Source: an uncultured bacterium
Lineage (GTDB): Bacteria; Patescibacteriota; Saccharimonadia; UBA4664
Direction: 5' to 3'
NCBI GenBank assembly: GCA_963720265.1
Contig: CAVRET010000001.1
Location: 69,916 to 133,915, forward strand
Length of the DNA stretch: 64,000 nt
Positions 43,441 through 52,283 of this stretch are shown here, one piece after another (the first letter of the stretch is position 1; each line of letters starts with the position of its first letter). Made by a program: the position numbers and the translations under genes. The notes beneath the pieces were generated by a model. That model saw nothing but the letters and a program-made list of their open reading frames with translations. It did not search any database and had not been told where the DNA came from.

Positions 43441-45111
43441 CTACCGAGTGGTTTTGGTTGCACGCGTACGCGCAGTAGGTGCAGCTCGTTCCTGCTTGGC
43501 CCCTAGGGCGGCTTGGATAAAGGCTGCGAACAGCGGATGCGGCCGGCCCGGCCGCGATTTGAACTCGGGGTGGAATTGGCTGGCGGCGAAGAATGGGTGG
43601 CCAACGGCTTCGATAATCTCTACCAGATGATTATCCGGACTCAGGCCCACGGCCCGAATGCCCCAGGCCTCGTATTGGTCGCGGAAGTCGTTGTTGCACT
43701 CGCCGCGATGACGGTGACGTTCCACTATTTTGGTTGCACCGTAGGCCCTTGCCACTTTGGAATCGGCTGCGATTACACAAGGATAGTCGCCGAGGCGCAT
43801 AGTGCCGCCGGTGTTTTCCTTGCCCTTTTGGTCGTTCATAGTGGTAATGACCTGTAGTTTGGCATTTGGGTCGAGTTCGAAGCTAGTGGCACTTCCAAGT
43901 CCGGCATTGCGGGCGGCGGCAACCACAGCCATCTGCAGGCCAAGACAAAGCCCGAGGTAGGGCTTGTTATGCGTTAATGCAAAGCTTGCAGCCTTTATTT
44001 TGCCCTCGAGGCCGCGTTTGCCAAAGCCACCGGGCACTAGTAGTCCATCGTAGTTATCGAGAATGTCTACATTTTGTCGCTCAAGCTCCTCGGCATCAAC
44101 CCAGCCGATGTCAGGGCTGACCTGGTTGGCCCAGCCGGCTGCCTTGAGGGCCTCGAACACGCTGAGATAGGTGTCTTCGTTGTCCATATATTTGGCAACC
44201 ACACCGATGCGCAGAGTGCGGTGTTCAGGATGTTTAATGAGCTTCACTAGCCGTTGCCAGTCGCCGAGTTTGGCCGTGCGCTCTGGAAGGCTCAGATGAC
44301 GGGTGATGTAGTCGCCGAGGCCGGCTGATTCCAGGACGAGCGGCACCTCGTACACGCTGTCAGCCGTGGGCACTGGTACAATGCCGCCTTCATCAACATC
44401 CACAAACAAACCTAGTTTGGCTACGATATGTCCGGCGATCGGCCGGTCGGCCCGGGCAATCACGACATCAGGCTGCAGGCCCGCTTCACGCAAATCGCGC
44501 ACCGAATTTTGGGCCGGCTTGGTTTTAAGCTCACCCGAAGCCTGCAGGAACGGCAGGTACACAACGTGAATGAAGAATGTATGGCCGCTTCCCAGCTTGC
44601 GGCGCATTTGCCGGGCGGCTTCGAGCGTGGCCAGCGACTCGATATCGCCCACTGTGCCACCAATTTCGACGATGTGGAAGTCGTGGCCGGCGCCGGCGTT
44701 TAAGATCTGCTCCTGAATCTCGTTGGTGATATGAGGGATGATCTGGATGGTTTTGCCGAGATATTTGCCGGTGCGCTCATCGGAAATAACCTTGGCATAA
44801 ATGCGGCCGTTCATGACCGAGCTGGTGGCGGTGAGCTCCTCGTCGAGGAAGCGCTCATAGTGGCCGAGATCGAGGTCGGTTTCGGCGCCGTCTTTGGTGA
44901 CAAAGACCTCGCCGTGCTCAGCCGGGTTGAGCGTGCCGGCGTCGGTGTTGAAGTAGGGGTCGAGTTTTTGGATATTAACTGAAAAACCGCGGGCCTTTAA
45001 GATGGTGCCTAAAGAAGCCGCGGTGATGCCTTTTCCGAGCCCGGAGAGAACGCCTCCGGTTACAAAGATATAATTCGTTGGATTCGATTTCGCCAACCCT
45101 TCTCCTTTCAA
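43441..45111 (-). CDS. pyrG: CTP synthase
   Basis: YIFVTGGVLSGLGKG marks the N-terminal synthetase domain. A C-terminal glutamine amidotransferase domain is present (GLCLGLQ, HPEF). Confidence 0.9.
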   Translation of the reverse strand: MKGEGLAKSNPTNYIFVTGGVLSGLGKGITAASLGTILKARGFSVNIQKLDPYFNTDAGTLNPAEHGEVFVTKDGAETDLDLGHYERFLDEELTATSSVMNGRIYAKVISDERTGKYLGKTIQIIPHITNEIQEQILNAGAGHDFHIVEIGGTVGDIESLATLEAARQMRRKLGSGHTFFIHVVYLPFLQASGELKTKPAQNSVRDLREAGLQPDVVIARADRPIAGHIVAKLGLFVDVDEGGIVPVPTADSVYEVPLVLESAGLGDYITRHLSLPERTAKLGDWQRLVKLIKHPEHRTLRIGVVAKYMDNEDTYLSVFEALKAAGWANQVSPDIGWVDAEELERQNVDILDNYDGLLVPGGFGKRGLEGKIKAASFALTHNKPYLGLCLGLQMAVVAAARNAGLGSATSFELDPNAKLQVITTMNDQKGKENTGGTMRLGDYPCVIAADSKVARAYGATKIVERHRHRGECNNDFRDQYEAWGIRAVGLSPDNHLVEIIEAVGHPFFAASQFHPEFKSRPGRPHPLFAAFIQAALGAKQERAAPTARTRATKTTR

Positions 45112-45216
45112 CAGGCATTAGCCAAACAACACAAACAACTCAACACACACCCCCTGCACACTCCAAACTTGGAACTATCATACCGGCCGTTTGCAAACAA
45201 GGCAAGTTAATCTGCG

Positions 45217-46425
45217 CTATTGCTGTTCGAGCAGTTGGATGGCTCTGTCCAGCTGTGGATCGTTGCCGGCAGTGTAGTCGGCAGTGGTGAGCTGGACGAC
45301 GTAGTCCGGAGTGATGCCTTTCTTGTTGATGTTGATGCCGGCCGGGGTGTACCAGTGCGCGACTGTGACTTTGAGCTCCGCACCGCCGGCCAGGTTCTTA
45401 ATTTCTTGTACACTGCCCTTGCCAAAGGTCTGGGTGCCGAGGAGCTTGGCCGCACCATTGTCGTGGAGGGCGCCGGAAACAATTTCCGAGGCACTGGCCG
45501 AGCCGCCGTTGACAAGCACGATAGTTGGCACGCCCACGAGCTGGCCGCCGCCGGTCGAGGTTTGGGCGCAGGGTGTGTCGATGCAAGGCTTTTCGCTCAC
45601 GATCGTCTTGCCTTCGGGCAGGAACTGGCTGGCCACGGACACTCCGGCGTCGAGGTAGCCGCCGGGGTTGTCGCGCAGGTCAAGGATAATCTTGGTGGCA
45701 CCCTGTGATTTGAGCTGGGTGGCGGCCTTGGTCATGAGATCGGCGGTGTCAGTGCTAAATTGTGAGATATCAATATAGCCGATGTTGCCGTTTTTAATGC
45801 TCCAGGTAACAGTTGGGACTGAAATGTTGGCGCGCGTAATCGTGACCTTGAAAGCTTGGGGCGTACCGGCACGATCGATAGTAAGCGTAACCTTGGTGCC
45901 AGCCGGACCGCGGATCTCGCTAACGGCAGTATCGATGTCCATGTTTGTCGTGTCCTGGTTGTTGATGTCGGCAATCACATCACCGGCCTGGAGCCCTGCG
46001 GCGGCCGCTGGGGTGCCTGCAACGGGCGCGATAATGGTGAGAGCGCCACCTTTTACTCCGAGCTCTGCGCCAATGCCAGACAGTGAGGCGCTGAGCTCAC
46101 TATTGAGGGCCTTGGCTTGGGTTGGGTTGAAGTATTCGGTGTAGGGGTCACCAGTGGATGCAACTAAGCCGGCTTTTGCGCCGTCGAGTGCCTGCTGCGA
46201 TGTAACGGTGCCGTCGTAGTTGCGCTGCAGCAGCGTGTAGAGCGAAGACAGGCTGGAAAAATCTGGTTGGTGGGAGAATTTGAGCCCTGGCACCGGAACG
46301 ACGCCGCTGAGTACATCGCCGGCGTAGAAGGCGCCGATCATGAGCACAATTGTCACTGGGACGGTAACAATAAGCCGGCTTTTTTGCTGTGGCCAGGTAC
46401 GAATCGATTGCCAGATCTTGTTCAA
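45217..46425 (-). CDS. ctpA: C-terminal processing (tail-specific) S41 peptidase with a PDZ domain
   Basis: An N-terminal TM is followed by a PDZ domain and the S41 catalytic region (GASASASEIVSGAL, KGSVQE). Confidence 0.8.
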   Translation of the reverse strand: MNKIWQSIRTWPQQKSRLIVTVPVTIVLMIGAFYAGDVLSGVVPVPGLKFSHQPDFSSLSSLYTLLQRNYDGTVTSQQALDGAKAGLVASTGDPYTEYFNPTQAKALNSELSASLSGIGAELGVKGGALTIIAPVAGTPAAAAGLQAGDVIADINNQDTTNMDIDTAVSEIRGPAGTKVTLTIDRAGTPQAFKVTITRANISVPTVTWSIKNGNIGYIDISQFSTDTADLMTKAATQLKSQGATKIILDLRDNPGGYLDAGVSVASQFLPEGKTIVSEKPCIDTPCAQTSTGGGQLVGVPTIVLVNGGSASASEIVSGALHDNGAAKLLGTQTFGKGSVQEIKNLAGGAELKVTVAHWYTPAGININKKGITPDYVVQLTTADYTAGNDPQLDRAIQLLEQQ

Positions 46426-46578
46426 ATAACGTTCCTTTCACGAAACTGCTTATGCCACGATGGGCCGCTTTTTATTGTAACCGAAGTTGCTGTGTATGCG
46501 CTGAAACTGAGAGTCTGGTAAGCCGCACATGTCAAAACAGATACCAGGAGCTTATTCGTCGACTAGAGCGGCATCGGA

Positions 46579-47691
46579 TTAGTGGAAGTGGATAAATACG
46601 AGTCCGGGTACGACCTTCACGTCCATCTCGCTGTACAGACCGTAGGGGCCGTTTTCAGTGGGCCACCAGTTGTATTGGCTGACGTGAACCCAGCCGTCAC
46701 TTTCGATCGATTCAACATACATGGCATGACCTACCCCGCCGATCATGGAAGCAGGGGCGATGAGAACGTCGCCGACATGCGGCGTATTGTCCTCCGGGAT
46801 ACCGGCAGAAGCGGCGTCGGCCGGCCACTGATAGGCGTCGCCGGAGCCGCCCCAGTTGGGCATATTGCGCCCGGATGAGGCGACGCGATAGGCGGCGTAT
46901 GATACACATTCGCGGTTCAGCATGCCCCAGGAATCAACCGTTGAGTCGGTTGGCGAGTTGCACAGGTAGCCGGGGTATCCGCCACCGCATTGGCCGCCAA
47001 AGCTTAGATTGCGGAACGTAAAGTCTCCAAGTCCCCCGCTGGTGGCGCCTGCCAGCTTGGCAAACATGGCGGCTTGTTGTGCGCGTAAGTTTGAGATCTG
47101 GGAATTGGCAGAGGCCACCTGGGCGTTGGCGGCGGCGGCATTTTGCTCGGCTAGGGCGAGCAACTGGTTGGCCTGGGACTGGGCGGTGGCAAGCTGGCCT
47201 TGCTGTGCGTGCTCAGTATTAAGGATAAGGGTGAGTTGGTTTTGCTGAGCCTCCAGTTTTGATTTGAGGGCCTCTATGCTCGACATTGCGCCTTCAATCT
47301 TGCCCCGGATCGTGTCTTGATATTGCTGCTCATTAAAGAAATCGCTGAGGTTTTTGGAAGATGCAATCATTTCGAGCGGCGTCACGCTGGAGGCGAGGTA
47401 CATGGCCTTAATGTCGGCGCCGAGGTCGGTTTTGGCGGTTGCCAACTGAGCCTCGTTGGCGGCGATGTCACTTGAAACCTTGGTATATTGGAGCTGGTTG
47501 AGCTGTATTTGCGAATTGAGGGCGCTAATCTGCGCATTAAGCTGGGCGAGTTTGCCCTGGTAGTTGGTAATTTGAGTGGCATCGGCGTTGGCCTGGGATT
47601 GGGCGGCAGCGGCCTGTTGGCTCAGGGCGCTAATCTGATCGTCGTAGGAATCGGCCCAGGCTGGAGATGCCACCAACGCGCCTACTGCCAC
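46579..47691 (-). CDS. PcsB-like peptidoglycan hydrolase (N-terminal coiled coil plus C-terminal CHAP domain), partner of FtsEX
   Basis: Long heptad-repeat Gln/Ala-rich coiled coils precede a CHAP domain with a catalytic Cys (CVSYAAYRV) and a His (GHAMYVE). It lies immediately upstream of ftsX and ftsE. The GTG start gives a weak signal peptide, and an in-frame ATT at 47748 has an ideal SD. Confidence 0.7.
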   Translation of the reverse strand: MAVGALVASPAWADSYDDQISALSQQAAAAQSQANADATQITNYQGKLAQLNAQISALNSQIQLNQLQYTKVSSDIAANEAQLATAKTDLGADIKAMYLASSVTPLEMIASSKNLSDFFNEQQYQDTIRGKIEGAMSSIEALKSKLEAQQNQLTLILNTEHAQQGQLATAQSQANQLLALAEQNAAAANAQVASANSQISNLRAQQAAMFAKLAGATSGGLGDFTFRNLSFGGQCGGGYPGYLCNSPTDSTVDSWGMLNRECVSYAAYRVASSGRNMPNWGGSGDAYQWPADAASAGIPEDNTPHVGDVLIAPASMIGGVGHAMYVESIESDGWVHVSQYNWWPTENGPYGLYSEMDVKVVPGLVFIHFH

Positions 47692-47815
47692 TGCCAGCAG
47701 TAGTTTTGTGAGAGGAGTCTTGAGCCGATCGATGCTTATTTTAGTAATTGGTTTGCCCCCTCCAAGGTAGCTTTATGGTATCTGGTGCTGCCGTCCAGTG
47801 TCAAATTGGCCGAGC

Positions 47816-48736
47816 TTAGAGTTTAAGATAGCGGCTGAGCGCCAGCATGGACGAAAAAGCGCCGATGAAGATACCCACCACCAGCTCGCCGAACATGACG
47901 AGCACCGGATAGGTACGGAAGAAATTGATAGTTGACTGCACATCGATGTAGCTGCCTAGTTTGGGGCCGCCTCCAAGCAGTACGACGTAGCTTAAGCACA
48001 CCGCGATGATGGCCGCAATAATGCCATACATGGCGGCTTCAAAGATAAACGGCCCGCGGATAAACCACTTCGTGGCGCCGACCAGCTTCATGATTTCGAT
48101 CTCCTCACGGCGAGTGAAGATAGCCATGCGGATGGTGTTGAAAATAATCAGCGTGGAGATGATGACAAAGATGAGGCTGGCGACAAACTCCGAGCGTTTA
48201 AAGAAGTTGGATACGCTCACAATTCGATTAATGGTGTCTTTATTTTGGCCTGAATAACTAGGCGGAGCAGTGGGATCGAGCAGGGCATTGTACTGAGGCT
48301 CTTTGGTAACGGCGATGATTGAGCTGAGGTTTTTGGGGTCTTTGGCCTTTACCTGGAGACTGGCCGGGAGCGGATTGCCGGCCAGCTGCAAACCTTCGAG
48401 GAGTTGCTTGTTTCCCGCTATCGTGCGCTGGTATTGAGTAAGGGCATCAGCTTTGGAAAGATAGCTGACTGAGGCAACATTGGGGTTGGCCGAAAGGGCG
48501 GCCTCAAAGGTCTGGAGCTGCGCCGGCGTGACCGAATCGGTGAGGTAGATCGAAACATCGATTTTATCGGTTACGCCCTTAATGGTGGACGACAGCGCAG
48601 AGTTAGAGATAAACGAAATCACGATGATCGTGAGCGTGATGGTCATCACCGCGGTAGCGGCAGTCGACAACCAAGCATTGCGCAAGAAATTACGGGCACC
48701 GGCGTGCACGACGCGCCAAAATTGGAGCCACATCAT
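47816..48736 (-). CDS. ftsX: Cell division permease FtsX
   Basis: The protein has four TM helices and a large extracellular loop. Its 4-bp start overlap with the ftsE stop is typical. Confidence 0.85.
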   Translation of the reverse strand: MMWLQFWRVVHAGARNFLRNAWLSTAATAVMTITLTIIVISFISNSALSSTIKGVTDKIDVSIYLTDSVTPAQLQTFEAALSANPNVASVSYLSKADALTQYQRTIAGNKQLLEGLQLAGNPLPASLQVKAKDPKNLSSIIAVTKEPQYNALLDPTAPPSYSGQNKDTINRIVSVSNFFKRSEFVASLIFVIISTLIIFNTIRMAIFTRREEIEIMKLVGATKWFIRGPFIFEAAMYGIIAAIIAVCLSYVVLLGGGPKLGSYIDVQSTINFFRTYPVLVMFGELVVGIFIGAFSSMLALSRYLKL

Positions 48737-49428
48737 CCCTTGCCTCCTTCGAGTGAGTAGCGGCCCTGCTCCTCGTCTTTGATGATTTTGCCCTTGTTAA
48801 TGGTAATAACGCGGCGCTTCAAGGCGTTGACAATCTCCTTGTTGTGAGTGGTGAGCAGCACGGTAGTGCCAAAGCGGTTAATTTTGAGTAGGAGCTCGAT
48901 GATTTCCCAGGCGTTTTTGGGGTCGAGGTTGCCGGTCGGCTCGTCGGCAATGAGGATCTTGGGCTGGCGGATGAGCGCTCTGGCTATGGCAACTCTCTGG
49001 CGTTCACCACCGGACAGCTCATCCGGGAAGCTCTTTTCCTTGGAGCCCAGGCCGACGAGTGTGAGCATCTTTGGTACGGCGCGCTTAATTTCACGGCCGC
49101 GTGCGCCTGAGACCTCGAGTGCAAAAGCGACATTCTCCCCCACTCTACGACCAGGCAGCAGCTTGAAATCTTGAAATACGACACCAATGCGGCGGCGCAC
49201 GAGCGGCACATCTTTGGGCCGGATGGTGTCATAGTCGAGTCCGCCAACGATGATTTTACCAGATGTGTGCACTTCTTCGCGCGTGAGCAGTTTGATGAGT
49301 GTGGATTTGCCGGCGCCAGACGAGCCCACAATGGTCACGAACTCCTTGGGTTGGATATGCAGATTAAGACCGCTGAGTGCGATCTGCTGGTTTGGATAAA
49401 TTTTGGTGACGCGGTCCAGGAGAATCAC
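48733..49428 (-). CDS. ftsE: Cell division ATP-binding protein FtsE
   Basis: It carries ABC ATPase motifs (GSSGAGKST, LSGGERQRVAIARAL, ILIADEPTGNLD). The start is a GTG. Confidence 0.9.
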   Translation of the reverse strand: MILLDRVTKIYPNQQIALSGLNLHIQPKEFVTIVGSSGAGKSTLIKLLTREEVHTSGKIIVGGLDYDTIRPKDVPLVRRRIGVVFQDFKLLPGRRVGENVAFALEVSGARGREIKRAVPKMLTLVGLGSKEKSFPDELSGGERQRVAIARALIRQPKILIADEPTGNLDPKNAWEIIELLLKINRFGTTVLLTTHNKEIVNALKRRVITINKGKIIKDEEQGRYSLEGGKG

Positions 49429-49506
49429 GTTCTCAGTGTAGCATAGCTGCCGGGTTCGACGCGGCTGGGGCGGCCTAGTTTTGGAAGAATAGCTATTGCG
49501 CTTGGA

Positions 49507-50130
49507 TTAAAAGTCTATGCTTTCATTTAAGCCGACAAGGTAAACCGACTTCGTTCGACTCGTACGAATCCAAGGCAGGAAGTACGCAACCTTAAATTTT
49601 AGCTTGTTATCAATGTAAATGTTTTCGAGCTCGTATGGTCCAAATTCAGCCAGTGTTTCAAGAGTGACGTGCTTCGGGACACGCGCGATTATGTCGGATG
49701 TAACTCGCCTGCGGGTCAGAAGGATCATTTGTCGCATACTTGGCTGCATGTCGTCTATGTCTAACGCGTGGGCGGACTTATCATTTCCTTTTATTGACCA
49801 GTCTGGATCGAGTATCGCGACTTCGGCAGTAATAGAGCTCAGTAGTCTTTCGTCGAGCACATCCCCAACCATGAACTTTGTGTTGTCTTCGACACCGTAG
49901 GTTTTGGCGTTATGTTTGGCGTCTTTTATTCTTCGAGGGTTAATGTCTATCCCGTAAACCATGGGCATGACTCGAGCGATATGAATTGCCATTGCGCCTA
50001 CGGCCGTACACAGTTCGACGCAGGTGCGATATTGCCTGAGGCGTTCAGCGATATGGATTGCGGCAACTTCCGGAATGCTCATGGAGAGTGCTTCGTTATC
50101 ACCTTGGAGGGGTTTGGAAAATTTATCCAT
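49507..50130 (-). CDS. Putative small SAM-dependent amino-/RNA-methyltransferase (DPxW motif); lower GC than its neighbours
   Basis: There is a motif I-like glycine-poor loop (VELCTAVGAMAIHIA) and a motif IV-like ILDPDWS. The GC is about 47%. It starts 3 nt after the prfB stop. Confidence 0.4.
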   Translation of the reverse strand: MDKFSKPLQGDNEALSMSIPEVAAIHIAERLRQYRTCVELCTAVGAMAIHIARVMPMVYGIDINPRRIKDAKHNAKTYGVEDNTKFMVGDVLDERLLSSITAEVAILDPDWSIKGNDKSAHALDIDDMQPSMRQMILLTRRRVTSDIIARVPKHVTLETLAEFGPYELENIYIDNKLKFKVAYFLPWIRTSRTKSVYLVGLNESIDF

Positions 50131-50133
50131 GGG

Positions 50134-51246
50134 CTAAGAGCCGATTTGGGAATTCAGATAGGCGTCGATGAAGGGGTCGAGGGCGCCGTCTAGCACACCG
50201 GCCGCATCGGCGGTTTCGGCTCCCGTGCGCACGTCTTTGACTTTGGTGTAAGGGTGGAGCACGTAATTGCGGATTTGCTGGCCCCATTCGGCGGATTTGT
50301 CTGAGGCGCGTAGCTCGGTAATGCTGGCTTTGTGTTCGGCCTCGAGCTGGGCGGCCAGGCGGGATTTAAGCACGGCCATGGCCTTTTCGCGGTTTTGGAG
50401 TTGCGAGCGTTCGTTTTGAATCGCCACAACCAGACCGGTGGGAAGATGCGTGATGCGCACGGCGGAATCGGTGGTGTTAACCGACTGGCCGCCGTGGCCG
50501 GAACTGCGATAAACATCGATGCGCAGGTCGGCTGGGTTGATGTCGATATAGGTTTGGGCCTCAATTTGGGGCAAAACTTCGACCAGAGCGAACGAGGTTT
50601 GACGCAAATTATCGGCGTTAAATGGGCTCAGGCGGACGAGCCGGTGGACGCCGGCCTCGCCTTTGAGCCGGCCGTAGGCATAGTCGCCGTTAATCTCAAA
50701 GGTCGTGCTTTTAATTCCGGCTTCGTCGCCGGGGCTTGCGGACAGAATCTCAGTGGTGTAGCCGCCTGCAGTGGCCCAGCGTAGGTACATACGTTGCAGC
50801 ATGCCGGCCCAATCCTGTGCATCGGTGCCACCGGTGCCGGCGTGGATTTCAACAATAGCGTTTGTGCGGTCGTGGAGGCCGGAAAGTTTGAGTTCAAATT
50901 GACGCTGGTCGAAGTCGGATCGGACGCGGCTGAAAAGGTCGCTGATTTGGCGAACGGTGCCGTCATCCTGACTGCCGGATGTTTGCTCTAGGCGGGCGAG
51001 CTCGAGTGCTTCCGCCACCTCTGTTTCGAGGTTATCCCAAGTTTCAAGCCTCCGCTCCAGCCCAGTGAGCTGTTTGGACACGGCCGTTGCAGACTGCGGG
51101 TCGGACCAAAAATCTGGCGCTTCGGTACGGCGCCGTAGTACCTCAAGTTGACGGCGGTCGGCATCGAGGTTTAATTTCGCCATGGCTTCTTGCACTTCGG
51201 CCTTTAGTGCTTCCAAGTCGCGGATGAGCTCTTTGAGTTCTTGCAT
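50134..51246 (-). CDS. prfB: Peptide chain release factor 2 (single continuous ORF, no programmed +1 frameshift)
   Basis: The SPF tripeptide (LVRLSPFNADNLRQTSF) and the GGQ motif (YRSSGHGGQSVN) are present. The 370-aa ORF is unbroken from the N-terminus. Confidence 0.9.
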   Translation of the reverse strand: MQELKELIRDLEALKAEVQEAMAKLNLDADRRQLEVLRRRTEAPDFWSDPQSATAVSKQLTGLERRLETWDNLETEVAEALELARLEQTSGSQDDGTVRQISDLFSRVRSDFDQRQFELKLSGLHDRTNAIVEIHAGTGGTDAQDWAGMLQRMYLRWATAGGYTTEILSASPGDEAGIKSTTFEINGDYAYGRLKGEAGVHRLVRLSPFNADNLRQTSFALVEVLPQIEAQTYIDINPADLRIDVYRSSGHGGQSVNTTDSAVRITHLPTGLVVAIQNERSQLQNREKAMAVLKSRLAAQLEAEHKASITELRASDKSAEWGQQIRNYVLHPYTKVKDVRTGAETADAAGVLDGALDPFIDAYLNSQIGS

Positions 51247-51278
51247 GCGGATATTTTATACTGGCGCGCGACTGATAT

Positions 51279-52244
51279 CTAATTTCCGGCCGCGCCCTGA
51301 ACCTGGGCTGTCGAAATCTGGGAAACCGGTTGCGTGCCGTCATATTCGGTAACAAGTGCGTTGTACTGCGTAATAAGCTGGTTGTACTGGCTGATCGTAT
51401 TATTCTCAACCGCGATCTCGCGCGTGTAGAGATTGTAATAGTAATTGTCTTCGGCGGCATTGCCGTCGTGTGCCCAGCTCACGCTTTGGTTATAGCTGGC
51501 GTCCGCCATACTGCTTTGCTGGGTAATGAGGCCCTTAAGCTGGGCGAGTTGGGACTGATCGTTGTTAAACCGGGCTTGAACTGCGGTGTTGCCGGCAATA
51601 TTGGCCGCCAGATTGGTGAAATACTGGCTGTAGTAGGCCGCCAGGTCAGATGACAGATCGCTGTATTCGGTGCCGAGGAGCGAGAACAATTCGAGATCGC
51701 GGTCGCCCGGTTCGGTTTTGGCAAAATTACTCACCTGCGTGTCGAGGTCTTGGTCATGGAGGCGGGCATAATTGGCTTCAATGGCCTGGTTGAGGGCAGA
51801 GCCATTGCCGCTTTGAGTGTTTTGAAGGTATACGATATGGAGCATTTCATAAGCGGCGGTGGTGGCCTCGAGTTCTTGCAGGTCTTGGGGCATCCGGCGC
51901 AGGTAGATGCGGCCGGTTTCGGGGTTGTAGCAGCCTTGCTCAATAAAGCCGTTCGAGTTAGCCGCGGCCGCTGGGCAATTGATCTCCATTTGAGGGTCGC
52001 TGTCGAGCTCAGGCTGGGCTTTGAGAAACAATAATTCCCCGGTTTTGCTCATGCCGGCCTGGGTCGCGAGTGCGGCCATCACAGGATTGGCGTGACGCAG
52101 AATTAGCTGGTTGGCGACGGGCTGGTAGGCCCAAGCGCTTGCGACAATAAAAACCACCACCAGCCAAAAGACTAGACGCCGGAGCATTCGATTGGTAGTA
52201 GAGGCAGTTGGTGGCATAGCTGGGGCGGGTGAAACTAGCGCCAA
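51279..52244 (-). CDS. Membrane-anchored extracytoplasmic protein of unknown function
   Basis: An N-terminal TM (LVFWLVVVFIVASAWA) precedes a 290-aa Gln/Asn/Tyr-rich soluble domain. Confidence 0.4.
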   Translation of the reverse strand: MALVSPAPAMPPTASTTNRMLRRLVFWLVVVFIVASAWAYQPVANQLILRHANPVMAALATQAGMSKTGELLFLKAQPELDSDPQMEINCPAAAANSNGFIEQGCYNPETGRIYLRRMPQDLQELEATTAAYEMLHIVYLQNTQSGNGSALNQAIEANYARLHDQDLDTQVSNFAKTEPGDRDLELFSLLGTEYSDLSSDLAAYYSQYFTNLAANIAGNTAVQARFNNDQSQLAQLKGLITQQSSMADASYNQSVSWAHDGNAAEDNYYYNLYTREIAVENNTISQYNQLITQYNALVTEYDGTQPVSQISTAQVQGAAGN

Positions 52245-52283
52245 TATAGTAATTATGGCGTATTTTGTCGAGCCTGTATGCGC

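Noticed and set aside
50134-51246. Programmed +1 frameshift in prfB
   Set aside because: The ORF is continuous from its start through SPF and GGQ. No in-frame UGA is present near the N-terminus.
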